Shown piece by piece: positions 25,676 through 39,345 of a stretch of DNA of 64,000 nt (within the stretch, counting starts at the first letter, position 1; the number at the start of each line of letters is the position of its first letter). Source of the stretch: Heptranchias perlo (taxonomy: Eukaryota). The DNA is taken from positions 1,302,001-1,366,000 of the forward strand of contig NW_027138407.1 in assembly GCF_035084215.1 (NCBI RefSeq), written 5' to 3'. The position numbers and the translations under genes were made by a program. The notes under the pieces were generated by a model. It worked only from the letters and a program-made list of their open reading frames with translations, was not told where the DNA came from and searched no databases.

Positions 25676-26253
25676 GTCGAGTCACGAGGATCAGCGACAA
25701 GCTTCACCCACTCGGTGCCTCTCTCAGACCGGAGTCAGAAGTTGTACATTTCAGCCCAAATTTTTCAGGACTCGGAGTCTGGTGAGCCTGGTGGGAGACG
25801 AGGTGCACTCAATGGTGGTGACTGCATTTAAAGGATTTTCAAGTGTATTAAGGGAAAGTGAAATGCCAACGGTAATTTTGGCCCATTAACATCAAACATA
25901 CGTGATACTTTAATTGAAAATCATCAAATGGCTAAAAAAAAATTGTATTGGTCTTCACAGTAGATGAAGAGGATAATGTACCAGAGATACGTGTAAAACC
26001 AGAAGTAAATAAATGGAGGAACTTAGTAAATTTAATATAAATTAAACAATGGTAATGGAGAACAAAATGAGACTGAATATTGACAAATCTCCAAACATCA
26101 TCCATTTAATAATTGACGCCTATTTTCTTATTATAGTTTGGTTTCTGTTCTATTATCCGAACACAATCCAGGTCCCAGATCTGATTCAGTGAGCGGAGGT
26201 GAGAGACCTTTGCTGGTTTTTGTACGGACTGACCGCGCCCCTTTAACAGTGTG

Positions 26254-26847
26254 GGGCTCATCGCACAGAGATACACGGCAGAGTCAGAGACAAGAACCGC
26301 GGTGATATTTAAAGGAACCGTTTTCTTGCTTGTGTCCAAATTAGCAGAAAACCGGTCTGTCAAATCTGGAGCCTTATCTCCCTCCTCCGCTCTATATCTC
26401 TTCAATAAATATCTCGGAGCTTCCCCGGGATATTGGATGTACCAGAAGAGATATGAACCAGCTGTCGAATAACTGCAGTTCAGTATTACGGTCTGTCCTT
26501 CCTGAACCGTTAATTCAGGCGGATCCTGGTACACTGAATCTTCGCCATTCGTTCCTGTAACAAAATACCGAATGTGTCAAAAGTTTGCGAGTAAATATAA
26601 TCCATCAAATACACATTGATCATATAAACATAGACTCACTGGGCATTACGATCATTATTATCAGTAAGGAAGACGGGGAGCACACGGTGTGTGGTTTAAA
26701 GTTTAACAGAAAATAGCAGAATGTTTTCAGTATGTTGACAATTCCATCCATGAATCCACTGATCCATGAAACACACACTGACCATTTAATCATAGACTCA
26801 CCGGGCAACAGGATCATTATTATGAGTAAGGAACATAAGGAGCACAT
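26254..26847 (-). CDS. TRAV: Family-A V segment A6, two tandem leader exons
   Basis: V exon 26554-26254; proximal leader 26685-26640 starts GTG; distal leader 26847-26802 intact; RSS CACACTG, 23 bp, ACAAAAACC. Confidence 0.85.
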
Positions 26848-28111
26848 GGTGTCTGGTTTAGAGTTCGAAAGAAAATAGCGGAATGTTTTCAATATGTTGA
26901 CACTTCTCGTCTGATATTAAAGAGTAAACTCAGATCAGGGGCAGGCTCCACGTGCTGGGAAACTGAGGGGAGTTTCCAGGGCTGTGATTGGCAGATCGGT
27001 CGGAGCTGACGTCATCTGTGCGCTCATCACTGTGCACCAATTAACCAATGGCTCTCTTCAAATGCTTTACTTTTCTGTCTGTGTGTCATTCTCTGCCTCA
27101 CTCTCTTTCTCTCTGTCTCTCTGTAAGTCTTTCAGTCTCGCTCTCGCTTTGTCTCTCTTTCCTGTTTGTCTAACTCAGTGTCTCGATCTCTGTCCTTCCC
27201 TTCTCCGTCTATCTTGTCTCTCGCTTTGGTTCTCTCTCTCTATCCGTCGCTTTCTCTCGATCTTTCTCTCTCGCTCTCTCTCTCTCAATTTAAGGTACGA
27301 AGTGAAACAATTCTAAATTAGTCCGAATTCCTCATTTCATTCAGTTCCCTGCATAATCATTGTGCTGCATTAATATTTCCAGCCTTAAGGCCATGAGGGA
27401 CAGATGCAACACATTCAGGCATTTCTGTCCGTTGTTAGCACAAACCTGCAGATCTCTGCCCACATAACACGATCAATCTGTACAATCGAAAGTCCGGAGC
27501 CTGGTGCCTTTCCATCAGGTCACATCTTTCAAAATCTGTCTCATCTCAAAGGTCGGCCGCGGGGGCGTCACACTTAAAAGCCCTGGGGTTAAAATAGTGA
27601 TTGACTGAAAATCAGCACTTTAGTTTTACAAGTTCAACCCTAGTAGTACCGCAGAGAGCTTTGAAGAGTTATGTGTACTCATCATGTCCATTATGGCCTT
27701 AAGGCTAAACGATTATTGGGGCACATTGACTGTGGAGGGAACCCTGTGATACAAGGGATTGAGACAAATTTGGATATTTTTAAAATTTTCAACTCATTGG
27801 CAGACGGAGAGAGAAACTGAGAGATTAAAAAGGAGAGATTTACAGGGAGAGAGAAAGAGAAACAGAGTCAAATTTGATTGTCTGATTTGGATCCTGGATT
27901 ACAACGGTAGAGAAATATTACATGTCTCAACACTGACAGCACTGACTTTAATTGGAGAAAACTGCTCAGCTCAGTCTGTATTTTTCCATTCATTTTCTTT
28001 ACAAATTCTCTCGAGAATTCAATCCTTGGTATTTTCTACAGTTGCGGTCCTTTCGACCATTGACTTCTGCCCTGTTTTTGTCTGAGGACCGAGTGACCCC
28101 TATTCACTCTG

Positions 28112-28543
28112 GGTCTCGGGACACAGTAATGCACAGCGCTGTCTGTGATCTTCAAGCCTTTCATGGATCAGTAAATAGTGCCTTTTGTCCGGTTGAGATT
28201 CCCGCTGAAGTGTTCAAAGCCCGGAGCTGTCTCATTATACCAATAACTGTCGTCTCTTAACAGATGCTGAGGGGCTCGGTGAGGTTACTGGCGGTAACAG
28301 AACAGTTAATAGATTCTAGCTGAACCGGATACAGAGTATTTACAGTTGATTGCTGAATCTGCAACCTCTTCTGATCCAACTCCTTATTCAGAGTGGGACA
28401 CTGAGTCGCCTTTACACGTCTCTGTAAATAAATAGCGGATACGCAGCGTGTTTGTCGGATTAACAGGAAGATAGTAATCAGCCGGAGATGGTGAGCCCAA
28501 AATGTATCAGGATTGGGTGAGTTCGGCAGAGTTTCACCTCCAT
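28112..28543 (-). pseudogene. TRAV: Family-B V pseudogene B5
   Basis: V exon 28421-28112; FR1 TAA; heptamer CAGAGTG; leader 3' half and donor deleted. Confidence 0.85.
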
Positions 28544-29649
28544 GATTCCAGTCTAAACTCCAAAAACATAAGACTGCCTTCGCCTGGCCTCAGATGTGAG
28601 ACGCTAAAACAGCAAAATGATCTCTTCAGATGTTCTGGGATTTATTTTCCTGCCCATTTGTGTCTCTCCAAACAATCATTTCCTGCAGATGACGATCAGA
28701 GGGCGCCCTCCTGTGGACAGCAGAAGCCACACACGGTTCATTGGAAATATAAATACAGCAGATATGCTCACATAAATACAAACATGGAGACACAGAGAGA
28801 TTGACAAACACAAATACAGACGTACATGCATATGCGTACAATCCAACGTAAACCCAGATACATATCATGGCTGATATCTGTGGAGGTTATTGGTGTGCAT
28901 TCAGCTGTAACTTTTTCAAGGTGACTGATCAGAGAAGTGATCAGAGAGCGCCCTCCTGTGTATATTATAATCCTCACATGCAGCATTCGACACACAGACA
29001 CAACCACAGACAGACGGACACTAACGGCTTGACTGTGCCTCTCACATGATGAAAATGCAAAGGCGAGCCATTACATGACTCATGAAGGGTTTTCATAGAA
29101 TAAATAAGGAGAAACTGTTTCCAGTGGCAGAAATATCGGGAACCAGACGACACAGGTTTAAGGTGATCAACATAATTGCCAGAGGCGACAGTTTTTTAAA
29201 CTGCCAGTTGTAATAATGTTGAATACACTGACTGTAAGAGTGGTGGAATTACTTTCAATAGTAACTTTCAAAATGACATTCGATAAATACTGGAAGGGAA
29301 AACATTTAAAGGGCTATTGGGAAAGAGCAGAGTAATGGGACGAATTGGATAGCTCTTTCAAAGAGACGGCACAGGCTCGAGGGGCCAAATGGCCTGCTCA
29401 TGAGCTGTACATACCATGATACTCGGATACTATATCTGTCGGTGCGTCTGACCATCTTTCTATCTATCTATCTGTCGATCTATTTGTCTATCTATCCAAC
29501 TATCTATCTGTCGATCTATATCTCTCTCCCTCTCTAAGTATCTATCTATCTGTCTTCTTATCAGTTCTCGAGCACACCAATTCAGTGAGAGGAGGTGAGA
29601 GACCTTTGCTGGTTTTTGTACTGTCTGACTGCGCCCCTGTAACAGTGTG

Positions 29650-30081
29650 GGTTCCATGGCACAGAGATACACGGCAGAGTCAGAGACAAGAGTGCTGGTG
29701 ATATTTAAAGGAACCGTTTTCTTGGCTTTGTCCAAATTAGCAGAGAACCGGTCTGTCAAATCTGGAGCATTAGCTCCTTGCTCCGCGCTATATCTCTTCA
29801 GTAAATATCTCGGAGCTTCCCCGGGATACTGGATGTACCAGAAAAGAGTTAAACCAGCTGTCGAATAACTACAGTTCAGTAGTACGGACTGTCCTTCCTG
29901 AACCGTTAATTCAGGCGGACTCTGGGACACTGAATCTTCGCCACTCGTTCCTGTAAAAAAATACACAATGCGTCAAAAGTTTGGGACGAAATATAATCCA
30001 TGAAACACATGCTGACCATTTAAACATAGACTCACCGGGCAGCACGATCATTATTATCAAAAAGGAACATAGGAAGCACAT
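29650..30081 (-). CDS. TRAV: Family-A V segment A7
   Basis: Leader 30081-30036; V exon 29950-29650; RSS CACACTG, 23 bp, ACAAAAACC. Confidence 0.9.
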
Positions 30082-30247
30082 GGCGCCTGGTTTATAGTTC
30101 GACAGAAAACAACGGAATGTTTTCAATATGCTGACACTTCTGGTCTGATATTAAAGAGAAAACTCAGATCAGGGGCAGAATTATTGGAAAACTGAGGGGC
30201 GTTTCCTAGGGCTGTGATTGGCAGATCTCTCAGGGCTGACGTCAACT

Positions 30248-31439
30248 TTACATTTATTCGTTCACGGGATGTGGGCGTCGCTGGCAAGGCTGGCATTTAT
30301 TGCCCATCCCTAATTGCCCTTGAGAAGGTGTTGGTGAGACGCCTTCTTGAACCGCTGCAGTCCGTGTGGTGAAGGTTCTCTCACAGTGCTGTTAGGAAGG
30401 GAGTTCCAGGATTTTGACCCAGCAACGATGAAGGAACGGCCGATATATTTCCAAGTCGGGATGGTGTGTGATTTGGAGGGGAACGTGCAGGTGGTGTTGT
30501 TCCCATGTGCCTTGTGCCCTTTTCCGTCTCGGTGGTAGAGGTCGAGGGTTTGGGAGGTGATGTCGAAGAAGGCTTGGCGAGTTGCTGCAGTGCATCCTTT
30601 GGATGGTGCACTTTGCAGCCAAAGTGCGCCGGTGGTGAAAGGAGCCAATGATTAGAGTGGTGGATGGGTTGCCAATCAAGCGGGCTGCTTTGTCCTGTAT
30701 GGTGTCAAGATTCTTGAGTGTTGTTGAAGCTGCATTGATCCAGGCAAGTGGAGAGTATTCCATCACACTGCTGGCTTGTGCCTTGTAGATGGTGGAAATG
30801 CTTTGGGGTGTCAGGAGGTGAGTCACTCGCCGCAGAATACCCACCCTCTCACCTGTTCTTGTTTCCACAGTATTTATGTGGCTGGTTCAGTTAAGTTTCT
30901 GGTCAATGGTGAGCCCCAGGATGTTGATGGTTGGGAATTCGGCGATGGTAATGCCTTTGAATGTCAAGGGGAGGTAGTTAGACTCTCTCATGTTGGAGAT
31001 GATGGTTGCCTGGCACTTGACTGGCGCGAATGTTACTTGCCACTTATCAGCCCAAGCCTGGATGTTGTCCACGTCTTGCTGCATGCGGGCACGGACTGCT
31101 TCATTATCTGGGGGGTTGCGAATGGAAGTGAACACTGTGCAATCATCAGCGAACTTCCCCATTTCTGACGTTAGGATGGAGGGAAGATCATTGATGAACC
31201 AGCTGAAGATGGTTGGGCCGAGGACACTGCCCTGCGGAACTCCTGCAGCAATGTCTGGGACTGAGATGATTGGCCTCCAACAAGCATTACCATCTTCCTT
31301 TGTGCCAGGTATGACACCGGCTATTGGAGAGTTTGTCCCCTGATTCGCATTGACTTCAATCTTAATAGGGCTCCTTGGTATCTCACTCGGTAAAATGCTG
31401 CCTTGATATCAACAGCAGTCGCTCTGACCTCACCTCTAA
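30248..31439 (-). mobile_element. 5'-truncated CR1-clade LINE inserted in the A7 promoter
   Basis: RT motif FADDCT, WADKWQVTF, IYKAQ..MEYSPLAW; AACT on both flanks (possible TSD). Confidence 0.9.
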
Positions 31440-32526
31440 AACTGCATCAATCACTGTGCACCAATTAACCGACGGTTCTCTTCAAATGCTTTGCTTCCCT
31501 GTCTGTGTGTCATTCTCTGCCTTACTCTCTTTCTCTCCGTGACGCTGTCAGTCTTTCTCCCTCTCTCTCGTTTTGTCACATTTTATGTCCGTTTAACTCA
31601 ATGTTTCTATCTCTGCCCCATCCTTTCTCCTTCTCTCTTGTCCCTTGCTTTGGTTCTCTCGCTCTTTCCATCTCGTTGTCTCTATCTTTCCTTCTCGCTC
31701 TCACTCACATTAAGATGTAAAGTGAAACAATTCTAAGTTGGTCTGAATCCCTGATTTCACTCAGTTCGCTGCATAATCCATGTGCTCCATTAATAGTTCC
31801 AGAATTATGGCCATGAGGGACAGATGGAACAAATTCAGGCATTTCTGCTCCCTGTTAGCACAGACCTGCAGATCTCTAGCCTACATAACACGATTAATCT
31901 GTACAATCGAAAGTCCTGAATCTGGTGCCTCTCCATCAGGTCACATCTTTCAAAAGCTGTCTCATCTCAAATGGCGGCCGCGGGGGCGTCACAAATAAAA
32001 GTCCTGAGGTTAAAAATAGTGATTGGCTGAAATCTGCAGTTTACTTTTACAAATTCAACATCAGTCGTACCGCCGACAGCTTTGAAGTGGAATGTGTACT
32101 CATCATGTCCCTCATGGCTTTAAGGCTGTAAGTATTAACGGGGCCCATTGACTGGAGGGAACCCTGTGATACCAGGGATTAAGGCAAAATTGGCTATTTT
32201 TAAACTTTTCACCTCAATGGCAGATAGAGAGAGAAAGAGTGATAAGAAAAAGGAAAGATACAGAGACAGAGGGAGAAAGAAAGCGAAACAGAGAGGCACA
32301 CTTGATTGTCTGAATTCGACCCTCGATTACAACGGTAGAGAAATGTTAAATTTCCCAGCACTGACATTAACTGGAGAAAAATGCTCAGCTCAGTCTCTAT
32401 TTTCCCATTCATTTTCTTTACAAACTCTCGAGAATTCAATTCTTCGTATTTTCTGGAGTTGCAGTCCTTTCGACCATTGACCTCTGCCCTGTTTGTCGGA
32501 TGACCGAGGGACCATTATTTACTCTG

Positions 32527-33009
32527 GGTCTCAGGACACAGTATTACACTGCGTTGTCTGTGATCTTCAAGCTTTTCACGGATCAGTAAAAAGTGCCTTG
32601 TGTCCAGTTGAGATTCCCGCTGAAGTGACCAAAGCCCGGATCCGTCTCGTTATTCTCATAACTGTAGTCTCTGAACAGATACTGAGGGGCTCGGTGAGGA
32701 TACTGGCGGTACCAGAACAGGTAATAGATTGTAGCTGAACCCGATACAGAGGAACTGCAGGTCATTGCTGAATCTGCATCCTCTTCTGATCCGATTCTTT
32801 ATTCAGATTGGGACACCGAGTCTCCGTTGCTCATCTCTGCAAATAAATAGCGGATACACAGCGGGTTAGTCGGATTAACAGGAAGAGAATAATCACCCAG
32901 AGATAATAGGGCAAAATGTATCAGGATTGGGAAATATTGTCGGAAGGTTCCAATATCACCAACCTGTGAACAAAACAATAACCAGAGTCGGGCAGAGTTT
33001 CACCTCCAT
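32527..33009 (-). pseudogene. TRAV: Family-B V pseudogene B6
   Basis: V exon 32836-32527; FR1 TAA plus FR3 TGA; heptamer CAGAGTA; leader 33009-32964. Confidence 0.87.
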
Positions 33010-33944
33010 AATTCCAGCCTGAACTCCAGTAACAAGAGGCTGCCTTTACAGGGCCTGGGATGGGAGACGCTAAAACAGCAAAACGATCTCATCAGATGTT
33101 CTGGGATTTCTTTTTCTGCCCATTTGTGTCGCTCTGAAGAATCGTTTCCTGCAGATTGCGATCAGAGCGCGCCCTCTTGTGGATAGCATAAGCCTCACAC
33201 AGTTCATTGGAAATACAAATGCAGCAGATTTACTCATAAACATGCACAGAGTCACAGAGAGATTAACACACAGAAATACAGACACACACATATGCATACA
33301 TGCTAACATTCACACTGGTACACATAATAGTTCATATCTCTGGAGATTATTGTTGTGCATTCAGCTGTGAGTTGTTAAATATAACTGCTCTTCAACAAGT
33401 GATCAGACAACGCCCTCCTGTGTATTATATAATCATCACATACAGCATTCGACACACAGACACACCCTCAGACAGACATTCACTAACGGATTCGTTGTGC
33501 CTCTCACGTTAAGAAAAGGGAAAGACCAGCCATTACATGACTCACGATGGGTTTTGATAGTGTGCATAAGGAAAAAGTGATCCAGCGGAAGCAGGTTCAG
33601 TCTACAGAGCATACAGATTGAAGGTGATCTGCAAAATTGCCAGAGGCAACATGAGGAAACATTTTTTTAACGCAGCAAGTTGCTATGATCTGGAACGCAG
33701 TGGTACTAATTGGATCGCTCTTTTAAAGAGTCGGCACAGGCACGATGGGCTGAATGATCTCCTCATGTGCTTTACTTACTCTGATACTATCACACTATGA
33801 TACCATGTCTGTCGGTGCCTCTATATATCAATCTATATTTCTTTATATCTACATAACAGTCCACTAGCGCACCAATTCAGTGAGAGGAGATTAGAGACCA
33901 TTGTTGGTTTTTGTGCAGTCTGACTCAGCCCCTGTAACAGTGTG

Positions 33945-34382
33945 GGCTCCATGGCACAGAGATACACGGCAGAGTCAGAGAGAAGAGCCCCGGTGATATT
34001 TAAAGGAACCATGTTGTTGGCTTTGTCCGAATGAGCAGAGAACCGATCTGTGAATTCTGAAGACGTATCTCCCTGCCCCGAGCTGTATCTCCTCAGTAAA
34101 TATCTCGGAGCGTCCCCGGGATACTGGATGTACCAGAAGAGAGTTGGGGCAGGGTCTGCTGTCGAGTAACTGCAGTTCAGTATTACGGACTGTCCTTCCT
34201 GAACCGTTAGTGCAGGCGGATCCTGGGACACTAGATCTTTGCCACTCGTTCCTGTAAAAAAAAACAGAATGTGTCAAAAGTCTGGGAGTCAATATAATCC
34301 ATGAAACACACACTGAACATTTAAACATAGACTCACCGGGCAGCACGATCATTATTATCAGTAAGGAACAAAAGGAGCACAT
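33945..34382 (-). CDS. TRAV: Family-A V segment A8
   Basis: Leader 34382-34337; V exon 34251-33945; RSS CACACTG, 23 bp, ACAAAAACC. Confidence 0.9.
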
Positions 34383-34932
34383 GGTGTGTGGTTTCGAGTT
34401 CGACAGAAAATAGCGGAATGTTTTCAATATGTTGACCCTTCTCGTCTGATATTAAAGAGAAAACTCAGATCAGGGGCAGGATTCACTTATTGGTGAACTA
34501 AGGGGCGTTTCCCAGGGACCGGATTGGCTACTCTCTCAGAACTGACGACAGCTGTGCACCAATCAGAGTTACTCGTAGACTAATTAACTGATGGCTCTCT
34601 CCCAACACTTTCCTCCCCTGTCTGTGTCTGTCTTTCTCATTTTTGTTCTCTGTGTCTTTCCGTCAGTCTTTTTGTCTCCCTCTCGCTTTTTCTCTCTTTC
34701 TGTCTGCTTACCTCTATGTCTGGAACCCTATACCCGTCCCCATCTCTCTACCTCTCTCTCTTTCTGTCTGTGACACTCTATTTCTCTGTCTTTCTATATT
34801 TCTGTCCGTTACTCTCTTTTTCTCTGTAAGTTTCTATGCCTCCCTCTGCCTCAATCTCTTCCTCTCTTTCTCTATCTGTCTCTCTTTCTGTCCCACTTTA
34901 TTTCTCAATTTCTCTCTCGGGCTCTCTCTCTT

Positions 34933-34964
<32 letters not shown>

Positions 34965-35517
34965 ATTCAGATGACAAGTGACAAATATCAGAATCAGTCT
35001 CGATCCCCAGTACCACGGAGTTCTCTCCACAATCAATGATCTCCATTAATAGTCACAGTCACAAGGTGACGAGGGACATGACAAGTAGACATATCTCGTC
35101 AAAGCTGCCGGCCGCACCACTGGATTTGAACCTGTACCAGTAAATTGCTGATTTCAGTCAGTCATTATTTCTAACCCTCCGGATCCCAGGAGATTTGAAG
35201 AGTGAAGCCCCCGAGGCCGCCCTTTGAGATGAGACAGTTTCTGAACGATGTGACCCGACGGATCTCCACCAGATCCAGGACTTCAACTTGTACAAATTGA
35301 TCCTGTTATTCTTCGCACAGATCTGTAAGTCGGTGCTAACAAGGGGCAAGAAATGTCTGAATTTGACCCTGGATTAAGTGGTTGAGAAATGTCACATTTC
35401 CGAACACTGACAGCATTGATCTTAACAAGAGAAAACCGCATGAATCAGGCAGGGAATAATCATCCCGAGATGGAGATGGGGAAATGTATCAGGATTGGGG
35501 AACATTGTTGGAAGGTT

Positions 35518-35545
35518 CCAGAGTCAGGCAGAGTTTCACGTCCAT
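35518..35545 (-). pseudogene. Orphan partial family-B leader O4
   Basis: ATG at 35545; donor half deleted; V exon absent. Confidence 0.6.
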
Positions 35546-36579
35546 GATTCCAGTCTAAGCTCCAGAAATAAAAGGCTGCCTTTACAGGTCCTGGGATGGC
35601 TGACGCGATAACAACAAAGGGAGCTCATCAGATGTTCTGCTATTTCTTTTTCTGCCCATTTGTGTCTCTCTGAACAAACATTTCCTGCAGATGCCGATAA
35701 GAGGTCTCCCTCTTGCGGACAGTACAAGACTAAAACAGTTCATTGGAAAAACAAACACAACAGATTTACTCATAAACACGCACAGAGAGGCAGAGATTAA
35801 AACACACAAATACAGACATATGCATATGAATATATGCCAACATAAACCCAGATACACATAATGTTGATATCTGTGGAGAATATTGATGTGCATTCAGCTG
35901 CAATTTCTTAAAGGTGACTGATCTTTAACGAGTGATCAGAGAACGCCCTCCTGTGGATATTATAACCCTCACATAAACATTCGACACACGGACACAACCA
36001 CGGACAGACGGACAATAACGGCTTGAATGTGCGTCTCACATGAAGAAAATGGAAAGACCTGCCTTTACTTGACTCATGGACGGATTTGATAGAGTAATTG
36101 ATTCTAGATGAAGTGGGTTCCGTAACCAGAGGACACAGATTTAAGGTGGTCTGCAAAATTGGCTAAGGCGACATGACGAAATTTTTTTAACGCTGCATTT
36201 GTTATGATCTGGAATGCACTGCCTAAAATGTTGGTGGAAGCCGATTCAATAGTAACTTTCAAAAGGGAATTCGATAAATACCTAAAGGGAAATATTTAAT
36301 GGGTTTTGGGGAAAGAGCAGCATAATGGGATGAAGTGGAGAGTGCTTTTAAAGAGCCAGCACAGGCACAATGGGCCGAATGGCCTCCTCATGCGCTGAGC
36401 CTACCCTGATACTATGATACTGTGATATTATGTCTGGCGGCGCCGGTGCCTCTATCTATCTGGCTGTATTTCTTTCTTTCTATCAATCCATCAGTTTACT
36501 CGTGCACCAATTCAGTGAGAGCAGATGAAAGACCTTTGCTGGTTTTTGTACGGACTGACTGCGCCCCTGTAACAGTGTG

Positions 36580-37017
36580 TGCTCCATGGCACAGAGATAC
36601 ACAGCAGAGTCAGAGACAAGAGCCCCGGTAATATTTAAAGGAACCGTTTTCTTGGCTTTGTCCAAATTAGCAGAGAACCGGTCTGCGAAATCTGAAGACT
36701 TATCTCCCTGATCAGCACGATATCTCCTCAGTAAATATCTCGGAGCTTCCCCGGGACACTGGATGTACCAGAATAGAGTTGGGGTACCAGCTGTTGTCGA
36801 GTAACTACAGTTCAGTATTACAGTCTGTCCTTCCTGAACCGTTAATTCAGGCGGTTCCTGGAAGACGGAGTCTTTGCTACTCGTTCCTGTAACAAAATAC
36901 AGAATGTGTCAAAAGTCTGGGAGTAAATATAACCCATGAAACACACACTGACCATTTAAACATAGACTCACCGGGCAGCACGATCATTATTATCAGTAAG
37001 GAACACAGGGAGCACAT
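36580..37017 (-). CDS. TRAV: Family-A V segment A9
   Basis: Leader 37017-36972; V exon 36886-36580 is open by manual translation (ORF track shows only its 3' part); RSS CACACTG, 23 bp, ACAAAAACC. Confidence 0.88.
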
Positions 37018-38183
37018 GGTGTGTATTTTAGAATTCGAGAGAAAATAGCGGAATGTTTTCAATATGTTGACCCTCCGAGGATGATATTGAAGAATAAACT
37101 CAGATCAGGGGCAGGATTCACTTATTGGGAAGCCGAGGGGCGTTTCCCAGCGACCGGATTGGCTGCTCTCTCAGCACTGACGCCAGCTGTGCACCAATCA
37201 CAGTTAGTTGTGGGACAATTAACTGATAGCTCTCTCCGAACGCATTCCTTCCATGTCTGTGTCTGTCTGCCTGTCCCATTTTCTTTCTCTGTGTCTCTCA
37301 TTGAATCTTTCTGTCTCCCTCTCGCATTTTCTCCCTTTCTGTCTGCTTACCTCTGTGTCTCTAACTCGATACACCGTCCCTGTCTTTCATTCTGTCTCCG
37401 TCTCTGCCCGTCTGTTTCTCTGTCTGTGACACTCTATTCTTTGTCTTTCCCTATTTCTGTTTGTTACTCCCTTTTTCTCTGTGTTTCTAAGCCTTTTTCT
37501 GCCTCAACTTCTCCCTTTCTCTCTCGCTATGTCTCTCTGTCACACTCTCATTCTCTGTCTCCCTCCAGCTGTCCATTTTCTCTCTCTTCTCTCTCTCTCT
37601 CTCTCTCTCACGCCCTCATTAAGGTGACAAGTGAAAAATATCTGAATCAGCCTCGATCACCGGGGCCACGGAGTTCTCTCCACAATCAATGAGCTCCATT
37701 AATAGTCACAGTCTTTCGGTCACGAGTGACATGACGGATAGACATACTTCTTCAAAGCTTCCGACGGTACCTCTGGACTTGAACTTGTACCAGTAAAGTG
37801 CTGATTTCAGTCAGTCACTATTTCTAACCCTTCGTTTCCCAGGACCTTTGAAGAGTGAAGCCCGTGAGGCTGCCCTTTGAGATGAGACAGCTTCTGAACG
37901 ATGTGATTCGATGGATCTGCATCAGATCCACGACTTTTACTTGTAAAGATGGATCCTGTTATTCATCCCAGAGATCTGCAAGTCGGTGCTAACAGGGGGC
38001 TGAAAATATCTGAATTTGATCCTGGATTAAATCGTTGAGAAATGTCAAATTTCCTAACACTGACAGCACTGAGCTCAACTAGAGAAAACTGCTTGAATTA
38101 GGCAGGCAATAATCATCCGGTGATGAGATGGGAAAATGTATCAGGATTGGGGAATAATGTTGGAAGGTTCCATTATCACCGAT

Positions 38184-38229
38184 TTATGATCAGGACAATA
38201 ACAAGAGTCGGTCAGAGTTTCACATCCAC
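38184..38229 (-). pseudogene. Orphan family-B leader O5
   Basis: ATG and donor lost; V exon absent. Confidence 0.6.
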
Positions 38230-39345
38230 AATTCCAGTCCAAACTCCAGAAACACGAGACTGCCTTTGCCGGGCCTGCAATAGGAGCCGCTAAAAGAGCA
38301 AAGGGATCTCATCGGATATTATGGGATTTCCTTTTCTTCCCATTTGTGTCTCTCGACACAATCGTTTCCTGCATAAGGCATTGAGAGAGCGCCCTGCTGT
38401 GGACAGCACAAGCCTCACAAAGTTCATTGGAAATACAAACAAAACAGATTTCCTCGTAAAAACACACAGAGAGGCGGAGAGATTAACACAGACAAATACA
38501 GACAGACACAAACATATGCATATGCATACAAGCCAACATAAACCCAGATACACATAATGGTTGATGTCTGTGGAGATTATTGCTGTGCGTTCGGCTCTAA
38601 TTCCTTAAAGATGACTGATCTTTAACAAGTGATCAGAGAACGCCCTCCTGTGTATATTATAATCCTCACAGACAACATTCGACACACAGATACAACCACG
38701 CACAGACGGAGATTAACGGCTTGACTGTGCCTCTCACATGAAGTAAATACAAAGACCAACCATTATATGACTCATGAACGGTTTTGATAGTGTAAATAAG
38801 GAGGATTTGTTTCCAATGGCAGAAGGATCGGTAACCAGAGGACACAGATTTAAGGTGATCTGCAAAATTGCCAGAGGCGCCATGAGGAAACATAATTTTC
38901 GCAGCGAGTTGTCATGATCTGGAATGCACTACCTGAAGGGGTGGTAGAAGCAGATTCAATGCTATCTTTCAAAAGAGAATTCGATAAATACTTGAATTGA
39001 AAACATTTACAGTGCCATGGTGAAAGAGCAGAGTAATGCGATTCATTGGATTGCTCTTTGAAAGAGACGGCACAGGCTCGAGGAGCCGAATGGCCTCCGC
39101 CTGTGCTGTACCAACTGTGATACTATGTCTGTCGTCCATCGATCGATGGACCTATCTATCTATTTATCTATCTATTTATCTATCTATCTGCCCACCTACC
39201 TATCTATCCACCTCCCATCTATCTATCTATCGATATATCATCTATCCATCGATCCATCAGTTCAATAGCGCACCAATTCAGTGAGACGAGGTGAGAGACC
39301 TTTGCTGGTTTTTGTACGGTATGACTGCTCCCCTGCAACAGTGTG

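Noticed and set aside
36483-36665. A9 as a truncated pseudogene
   Set aside because: Manual translation of 36886-36580 is open; the ORF caller only lacked an earlier start codon
37021-37692. Long Ser/Leu-rich ORFs such as the 223-aa one
   Set aside because: Products of CT, CA and TATC low-complexity tracts; frames are not conserved between cassettes
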